DNA of 64,000 nucleotides from a virus: positions 32,001 through 96,000 of IMG/VR virus record IMGVR_UViG_3300021185_003522. One strand, 5' to 3'. How positions within the stretch are numbered: position 1 is the first letter of the stretch; every line of letters starts with the position of its first letter. The translations under genes were made by a program, and so were the position numbers. The notes below the pieces were generated by a model that worked only from the letters and a program-made list of their open reading frames with translations, had not been told where the DNA came from and did not search any database. Shown here in pieces: positions 57,751 to 64,000 of the stretch.

Positions 57751-58605
57751 TTATCCGAAAAAATTTGCAACATTCATTGTAAACGGAGTTTCGTATTCAT
57801 GTTTGCAATCATTACAAGTAATGTTCATTGGTTTAATTTCACTTGCTTCTTTTATAGTTTCAATTTTCTTACGAATTTTTTCAAACGTTGCAGTATCACA
57901 GTTTTGTATATATTCTTCTATGTGGTTTTTGTCAACTACAATTTGGTCGCCACTTTTAACCATGCTTATGCTATCAGCAATTGCAGTAAGAGTCAAAAAA
58001 CTGATGTTTTCAAATGCTTTTTGTAAAAGTTTCAGTTTCTCATCTTCAGGCATTTCTGTTGCTGGAAGTGTTTCCATCATCTTCTGATCTTCAAACTGTG
58101 CAGTATTATTTTCGTTTTGTTCTTTGTATGAAAGTGGTTTGAAATGAATCTCTACATCGCCTAGTACTACCGGCTTAGAATAATCTGCAAATTTTATACC
58201 ATCCATTACTTGCCTTAGATCAATAGCAAATTCGTTTTCTTCTTCACATTGTGGACATTTGCTTAAAAACTCCATGTCATGACCGTAACTTGCAATTCTA
58301 ATAGCGATCAGTATGGTGTCAAGATCAGCAGTGCTTATTTTCCATGCATCTTTGAATGCTGGTACACAACTCTTTATTACGTTAGCTACTGCTGCCCCGT
58401 TAAACAATGCATCAGCAGTTCTATATGCAATTTCATCAAGTGCAGTCATTGGATATACTGGTAATTCTCTATTGTGTGGGAATTCTATCACTGACTCGTC
58501 GTAAAAAGCTCCGTCGCTTGGCAATTTTATATAGATACTAGGTTGTCTAAAGTGTTTAGCCAAAGGATTTGGAGTGATGTTTTCTGTCATGTTTTTTCCT
58601 ACCAT
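57751..58605 (-). CDS. Baseplate hub/tail assembly chaperone, gp26-like (start probably 58590)
   Basis: LPS.G..Y, PMTA.DE, D.D.ILIAIR.ASYG, CPQC and CNDC, ends NFFG. Confidence 0.8.
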   Translation of the reverse strand: MVGKNMTENITPNPLAKHFRQPSIYIKLPSDGAFYDESVIEFPHNRELPVYPMTALDEIAYRTADALFNGAAVANVIKSCVPAFKDAWKISTADLDTILIAIRIASYGHDMEFLSKCPQCEEENEFAIDLRQVMDGIKFADYSKPVVLGDVEIHFKPLSYKEQNENNTAQFEDQKMMETLPATEMPEDEKLKLLQKAFENISFLTLTAIADSISMVKSGDQIVVDKNHIEEYIQNCDTATFEKIRKKIETIKEASEIKPMNITCNDCKHEYETPFTMNVANFFG

Positions 58606-58629
58606 AAATATAGTTGTATATTACTTATA
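58603..58629. promoter_or_regulatory. Overlapping late promoters for the divergent gp26-like and tape-measure genes
   Basis: CATAAATA on + at 58603-58610; TATAAGTA on - at 58622-58629. Confidence 0.55.
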
Positions 58630-58656
58630 CGGCTCAAAAACAGGTGAAAATTAAGT

Positions 58657-60714
58657 ATGGCCGAAGATCAAGAACAAACCAGACTACTGCAACAGATGCT
58701 AGAAGCCTTACAAAGATCTAGCGGCAATACAAATGCCAAGGAAGTCAAAGAAGCCAAAAAGAATCTTGCTGATTACAATCTAGCAGTAACTCGTGGTACC
58801 AGGGCAGAAGAAGATAAAACAAATGTCATGGGCAAATCTGCCGCAATGCTTAACAAGGCTACCGTGGGTACATCCAAGTTTGTTGCAGCCACTGCGGCGG
58901 CTGCAGGTGCAATACGTGAAAACAGAGAAGACTTTAACAGTCTTAATCCTGCTATCCAGTTAGTCGGCAACGGTATGCAAATGGCTAGTAAAACAGTCGG
59001 AGCACTTGGTGATGCGGCTGGTGATGCACTAAAAGGAATTCCTCTTCTTGGTGGAGTCATTGGTGGAGCAGTAAGTGCGGCCTCAAAGTTAACTGCAGCC
59101 TTAGGGCAAGCGGCTGGTGAGATTGTTAAAACAATTGGTCCGATGCTTACTGCAGAACTGCAAAGAGCTTCAGTTGCATACAGAAATGCAGGTAGTGTTG
59201 CGGCTCTTGGCGCAGACGGGCTTACTGGCTTAGCAAATCAGGCAATTGATGCAGGGTTAAGTTTTACAACTTTTAGCAATGTTGTAAAACAAAATGCAGA
59301 AACAATGGCATTTGCTACACGTAATAGCGCCGACTCAGCAAAAGTTTTAGCAGATACAAGTAAAGCAATGCAACCATTTAGACGTGGTATGCTGGCTTTA
59401 GGTATAAGTGTTGAACAACAAAATGAACTGACTGCTGGCTACATTGGATTACAACAAAGATTAGGCAGAGATGAGTCAAGAAATAGTCGAGCATTAGCAC
59501 AAGGTTCTCGCAACTACATACAGAATTTAACAGAACTATCCAAGCTCACAGGTAAGAGTGTATCAGAACAACAAAAAGAACTTGACGCACAATCAAGACA
59601 TGTTAGACAGGCAGCCACACAACGTGAAGTAGAGAGAAGACTTGGTGGAGAGGCTGGTAAAAAAGCCTCTGAAGCTATTTCAGGAGTTGCAACAGTCTTA
59701 AAGTCAGCGGCTCCGGTGTTAGCTGGCGGATTCCAAGATGCACTAGGTGGTAACTTTAAAACTGACGCGGCTAAAAACTTTTATAGAGCAACCGGTGAAG
59801 CTGGTAAGGACATTATTAACCAGTTGAAAGCAGGTACAATAACACGTGAGAAAGCTCTTGCAGGCATACAAGACGCTGCTGCAAACAGATACCAGTCATT
59901 GGGCGGTGATAAGTTTGCTATGGCTGCTGGTAATACCGGCACTGCACTGGACGCAGTAATGATGGATTTACAGAGCTTGACTTTTGGCGCAAAGTTTGGT
60001 GATCAGATTGGCAAAATAGAAACTGCTACTAAAAAGAATATGAAAACCACAGACGCAACCACAAACGCAATGATTGATGCACAAGAATCAATGATACGTT
60101 CAGCAAAAGCTCTTGATGAACTAGCACTACAGACGTCGTTACCATTGGCAGCCACTGCTATTCAAAAATTCACTGACTATTCTGTTACGGCATCTAAAAA
60201 AATGTTAGCATATGCAGATGCATTTGCTAAAGGCGGAGTAGGGGCAGTTACTGAAAAACTAAAAGAAGATACAATAAACAAGTCTGTTGGCGATGCAGGT
60301 AGTGCTCTAGATAAACAAGATGCAACTAACTTTAATGCTGGCGGAATGTTAATGAAAGCAGACATCACAGTTGCAAAAGGTATCGAAGGGCTAGTAGGAT
60401 TTTTTAGTGAAGGTGCAAAAGATTTTCTCAAAGAAATGAGAGTAGAAAACCAAACTAACTATCTAGAAAACCAAGGTATAAAAGTAAAACGTGATGACTA
60501 TGCCGCATCACTTGCCGGACCAAAGTCTAATATGCAAAAGTCTGATATCAATCAATCTAGTGTTATAGATGCTACAACTGCTAGAAAACAAATAGACGAT
60601 GAATACAATAAACTTCAAACTACTCCGATTGCTGGTAATGATAATAGTAACGTGGTTAGTGAGCAACAAATGACTAACAAGTTGCTAAAACGTTTAGTGC
60701 AACAGAATCAATAA
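58657..60714 (+). CDS. Tape-measure-like protein
   Basis: 685 aa, Ala/Gly-rich helical, L..L...TGKS..EQ motif; adjacent to the chaperone pair. Confidence 0.7.
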   Translation: MAEDQEQTRLLQQMLEALQRSSGNTNAKEVKEAKKNLADYNLAVTRGTRAEEDKTNVMGKSAAMLNKATVGTSKFVAATAAAAGAIRENREDFNSLNPAIQLVGNGMQMASKTVGALGDAAGDALKGIPLLGGVIGGAVSAASKLTAALGQAAGEIVKTIGPMLTAELQRASVAYRNAGSVAALGADGLTGLANQAIDAGLSFTTFSNVVKQNAETMAFATRNSADSAKVLADTSKAMQPFRRGMLALGISVEQQNELTAGYIGLQQRLGRDESRNSRALAQGSRNYIQNLTELSKLTGKSVSEQQKELDAQSRHVRQAATQREVERRLGGEAGKKASEAISGVATVLKSAAPVLAGGFQDALGGNFKTDAAKNFYRATGEAGKDIINQLKAGTITREKALAGIQDAAANRYQSLGGDKFAMAAGNTGTALDAVMMDLQSLTFGAKFGDQIGKIETATKKNMKTTDATTNAMIDAQESMIRSAKALDELALQTSLPLAATAIQKFTDYSVTASKKMLAYADAFAKGGVGAVTEKLKEDTINKSVGDAGSALDKQDATNFNAGGMLMKADITVAKGIEGLVGFFSEGAKDFLKEMRVENQTNYLENQGIKVKRDDYAASLAGPKSNMQKSDINQSSVIDATTARKQIDDEYNKLQTTPIAGNDNSNVVSEQQMTNKLLKRLVQQNQ

Positions 60715-60737
60715 TTAATACAACCCACACGGCAGGT

Positions 60738-60745
60738 GATAAATA
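60738..60745 (+). promoter_or_regulatory. Late promoter GATAAATA
   Basis: Intergenic, upstream of the portal gene. Confidence 0.55.
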
Positions 60746-60775
60746 CTCCATAACAAAGAGTACACTGGAACACAT

Positions 60776-62536
60776 ATGTCTTGGAAAAAATACTTTAAAG
60801 CAGTTGACAACTATGGTGGTCAACTAAGTCCAATAAGTGGACAAAATAGTAGAGGACCTAGTTACGGTAGCGGCGGGTCAGGCGGACAGTTTGGTTTTAA
60901 AAACTACCAAAGTCATTTACCAGAAGTATATTCTGGACATCCAAATAGAATTGAGCGATATAACCAATATGAAAATATGGACAATGACAGCGAAATTAAT
61001 GCTTGTCTTGATATAATTGCTGAATTTGCAACTCAAACTAACGATAGTAATAAAACACCTTTTGAAGTTTCATATACAGATACTCCCACAAACAATGAAA
61101 TAGAAATTATCCGCACACAACTTCAACAATGGACTAAACTTAACAAACTTAGTCAACGAATGTTTCGTATTTTCCGTAATACAATAAAATACGGCGATCA
61201 GGTGTTTGTGCGTGATCCAGAAACATTTGAATTATACTGGGTTGACATGACCAAAGTAGTGCGTGTAATTGTAAACGAAAACGAAGGCAAACGTCCTGAA
61301 CAATATGTAATACGTGATATCAATCCAAACTTTCAAAATTTAAGCATAGCACCGAAGCAAACCACAGACTATGGTACTGGAACTAATTCAGGACAAATTA
61401 TTGGAACTGGTGGCAGCAATATGGGCGGTTCTAATTATACCATACCAAACGCACCTAGTGGACAGAGTAGATTTGAACACACAGTAAACGAAACTGTAAT
61501 TGATGCAAAAAATGTTGTGCATTTGGCACTTAGCGAAGGTTTAGATTTCTTCTGGCCCTTTAGTCAAAGCATATTAGAAATGATATTCAAGGTATTCAAG
61601 CAGAAGGAATTGCTCGAAGATGCTATACTAATATACAGAGTACAACGTGCTCCAGAGCGTAGAGTGTTCTACATTGATGTTGGAAACATGCCATCACATC
61701 TTGCTATGCAGTTTGTTGAGCGTGTTAAAAATGAAGTACATCAAAGGCGTATACCTAGTGCAAGTGGCGGACAACAACAAACCACAATGGATACAACATA
61801 CAATCCTCTGTCAATTAACGAAGATTACTTTTTCCCTCAAACAGCAGAAGGTAGAGGATCAAAAGTTGAAACACTACCAGGCGGAGAGAACTTAGGACAG
61901 ATTGACGATTTAAAATACTTTAACAACAAGATGTGTAGAGGACTTCGTGTGCCAAGTTCATACTTGCCTACTGGTCCAGATGATTCTGATCGACCAATGA
62001 ACGACGGACGTGTTGGTACTGCACTTATACAAGAATATAGGTTTAATCAGTATTGTGAAAGATTACAAAAGCAGATTATTGAAAAACTTGATGATGAGTT
62101 CAAAATGTTCATGCGTTGGAGAGGCTTTAACATTGACAGTGGATTGTTTAATATTACATTTGCACCGCCACAAAACTTTGCAAGTTATAGACAAGCAGAA
62201 CTAGATACAACAAGAATACAAGCCTTTAGTGCATTAGAGCAATTGCCTTATATGAGTAAACGTTTTATTATGAAACGTTATCTGGGTTTAACAGATGATG
62301 AATTGCAAGAAAATACAGAACAATGGGAACAAGAAACTGGACAACCAGTTGAAACAGAACCAACTGGCAGTGATTTACGTACAGTCGGTATAAGTCCTGC
62401 AGACTTCGAAGGTGATGTAAGTATGGGTGATGCAGTTGCTGGCGAAGAAGCAATGGATCCGGCACTCGGCGGTGAACAAATTGACGTTAATATTGATGCA
62501 GCAGCACCAGCTGCTCCAGAAGCGCCTCCTGTATAA
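60776..62536 (+). CDS. Portal protein, T4 gp20-like
   Basis: LEDAILIYRVQRAPERRVFYIDVGNMP, EDYFFP..EGRGS.VETLPGG, L.VP.SYL. Confidence 0.95.
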   Translation: MSWKKYFKAVDNYGGQLSPISGQNSRGPSYGSGGSGGQFGFKNYQSHLPEVYSGHPNRIERYNQYENMDNDSEINACLDIIAEFATQTNDSNKTPFEVSYTDTPTNNEIEIIRTQLQQWTKLNKLSQRMFRIFRNTIKYGDQVFVRDPETFELYWVDMTKVVRVIVNENEGKRPEQYVIRDINPNFQNLSIAPKQTTDYGTGTNSGQIIGTGGSNMGGSNYTIPNAPSGQSRFEHTVNETVIDAKNVVHLALSEGLDFFWPFSQSILEMIFKVFKQKELLEDAILIYRVQRAPERRVFYIDVGNMPSHLAMQFVERVKNEVHQRRIPSASGGQQQTTMDTTYNPLSINEDYFFPQTAEGRGSKVETLPGGENLGQIDDLKYFNNKMCRGLRVPSSYLPTGPDDSDRPMNDGRVGTALIQEYRFNQYCERLQKQIIEKLDDEFKMFMRWRGFNIDSGLFNITFAPPQNFASYRQAELDTTRIQAFSALEQLPYMSKRFIMKRYLGLTDDELQENTEQWEQETGQPVETEPTGSDLRTVGISPADFEGDVSMGDAVAGEEAMDPALGGEQIDVNIDAAAPAAPEAPPV

Positions 62537-62539
62537 ATA
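62532..62539 (+). promoter_or_regulatory. Consensus T4 late promoter TATAAATA
   Basis: Exact match; 5 nt before ATG 62545. Confidence 0.75.
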
Positions 62540-62544
62540 CTATT

Positions 62545-62760
62545 ATGAAACTATTTGAATTTTATGACGCACCTGCTGAAGGTTATCAAGATCAAGAAGC
62601 TGACAACAGTGTTCCTGAGCTTGGAGAGCTACGCAAGACAAAACTTACACTAAAGCAAATATCCAAATTGCGTAAGATGTATGACATGCGTAACTATGAA
62701 AAAACTGAAGAACTTAAAAAGATACAAGCACAATTTGCACCTCCACCTGCTCCGATGTAG
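62545..62760 (+). CDS. Small head-module protein
   Basis: 71 aa, RKTKLTLKQI.KLR; between the portal and core genes. Confidence 0.7.
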   Translation: MKLFEFYDAPAEGYQDQEADNSVPELGELRKTKLTLKQISKLRKMYDMRNYEKTEELKKIQAQFAPPPAPM

Positions 62761-62869
62761 GCTATTGTAGAAAATTATTCATTTTCTACCACTTTTACCC
62801 CTATAAACTACTAGTTTTTTAATTTTCTTGTAAGTACTATACTGAGACATACTTAGAAGGAATATTTTT

Positions 62870-63787
62870 ATGAACAAATTTGAGCAATTAATTGAATTCG
62901 TTATCAATGATGACGAAAAGAATGCAAAGGCGCTTTTCCACGATATAGTGGTTGAGAAGTCAAGAGACATATATGAAGAGATTATGTCCGAAGAAGAAAT
63001 TACAGAAAAGAAACAAGGATATAAGGACCGTGAAGACGAGCATTTAGGTGCTAAAGACGGTGCTGAAGATACTAAAAAACAATCCATGAAAGATCGTAGA
63101 GACGACGAAATGGGAAAGCGTGGCAAGCGTGACGCAGAACATGACAACGATCAAAAGATTGATGAAACTGATTTAGGTGGATCACAGGTTGACGAACTCA
63201 TTGACGAAGTCGAAGCTGAAGAGCAAGGCGTTAGAATGGAAGATGAAGAAGAAGAAATCGAAATGATCGACATCGACGTTGATGATGACAACGGCGAAGA
63301 AGAATTAGAAGACCGTATAGTAAACGTTGAAGACAAATTAGACGAACTAATGGGTGAATTCGAAGAGCTAATGGGTCAAGTTGATGACAACACAGACGAC
63401 ATCGAAGGCGAGCAGGATGAAATTTCAGACATTGATAGCGATACTGACATGGAGCAGGACGAGATTGATGGCATGCAGGACAAAATGGACGAGCCAATTG
63501 ATGTTAACGTAGAAGTTGAAGGTTTTAATGAGAATGTAGAATTAGTTGCAGCTCCAAAGCCAGTAACAACATCACCAGCTAGCAAAAGTCCGGTAGCTGC
63601 AAACTCAGGTCAAAAAGGAATGGATGCACATCCAGTAAACTTTGATGATGGTAACAAAGGCAAAGAAGGCCGCCCAACACCAAAATATGGTGACATGGAT
63701 GGAACTACAAAGCCAGACGTTAAGCCAGCTCCAAAGCCTGAATTAGCACAAGCTTCTGGTGTTAACACCAAAAGTGTTATAGACTAA
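62870..63787 (+). CDS. Highly acidic prohead core/scaffold-like protein
   Basis: Asp/Glu-rich 305 aa between portal and protease; A..LFHDIVVEKSR.IYE; AAGGA RBS. Confidence 0.65.
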   Translation: MNKFEQLIEFVINDDEKNAKALFHDIVVEKSRDIYEEIMSEEEITEKKQGYKDREDEHLGAKDGAEDTKKQSMKDRRDDEMGKRGKRDAEHDNDQKIDETDLGGSQVDELIDEVEAEEQGVRMEDEEEEIEMIDIDVDDDNGEEELEDRIVNVEDKLDELMGEFEELMGQVDDNTDDIEGEQDEISDIDSDTDMEQDEIDGMQDKMDEPIDVNVEVEGFNENVELVAAPKPVTTSPASKSPVAANSGQKGMDAHPVNFDDGNKGKEGRPTPKYGDMDGTTKPDVKPAPKPELAQASGVNTKSVID

Positions 63788-63807
63788 TCTAGCAAGGAAC
63801 CAAGTAT

Positions 63808-64000
63808 ATGGGACAGCTATACCTAAGAGAAGATCTTACTTTCGAAGCCGCAAAGATGCAAATCGTTGAGGGCAAAGATGGTAAGAACCTCTATATGGAG
63901 GGCATCTGCATACAAGGTGACGTGAAAAATGCCAATGAACGTGTTTATCCAGTAAGTCAAATTGCAGAAGCAGTTGATACACTGAACGAACAAATCAAAA
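63808..64000 (+). CDS. Prohead protease, T4 gp21-like (3'-truncated)
   Basis: MGQLYLREDL...LYMEGICIQGDVKNANERVYP; AAGGA RBS. Confidence 0.85.
   Translation, partial: MGQLYLREDLTFEAAKMQIVEGKDGKNLYMEGICIQGDVKNANERVYPVSQIAEAVDTLNEQIK

Noticed and set aside
62779-63585. Ser-rich minus-strand ORFs
   Set aside because: Antisense artefacts of the Asp/Glu-rich core protein gene
1-64000. Stop-codon reassignment as seen in some jumbo phages
   Set aside because: Coding density is high under the standard code, and TAG, TGA and TAA all end genes at sensible boundaries

Overview
A 64-kb segment of a large, AT-rich T4-like (myovirus, probably jumbo) phage genome, read in the standard code. (1) 1-18.4 kb is a dense tailoring-enzyme island: two GT10-like proteins, an amidinotransferase, a DUF59 Fe-S protein, a carbamoyltransferase, MetK, an MTA/SAH nucleosidase, five tandem twitch-domain radical SAM enzymes and three glycosyltransferase-like genes. 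(2) 18.4-47 kb is the minus-strand tail/baseplate module: fibres, a 4522-aa wedge protein, and gp6-, gp25-, gp5-, hub-, gp53- and gp48/54-like genes. (3) 47-55.2 kb holds the gp55 late sigma, gp47, a sixth radical SAM, gp46, two PLP-enzyme paralogs and a minimal GIY-YIG nuclease. (4) 55.17-55.68 kb is an ORF-free, densely structured element with GNRA tetraloops, two T-loop-like pentaloops and a possible pseudoknot. (5) 55.7-64 kb holds a sulfotransferase, an ATE/Bpt-like aminoacyl transferase, a gp26/gp51-like pair joined by a probable -1 frameshift, and the tape measure, portal, acidic core and prohead protease genes. Best candidates for new biology: the GIY-YIG plus large structured RNA pair, and the self-supplied SAM/Fe-S radical-SAM and glycosylation cluster apparently under late promoters. 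All calls come from motifs read by eye; no searches or folding programs were run.
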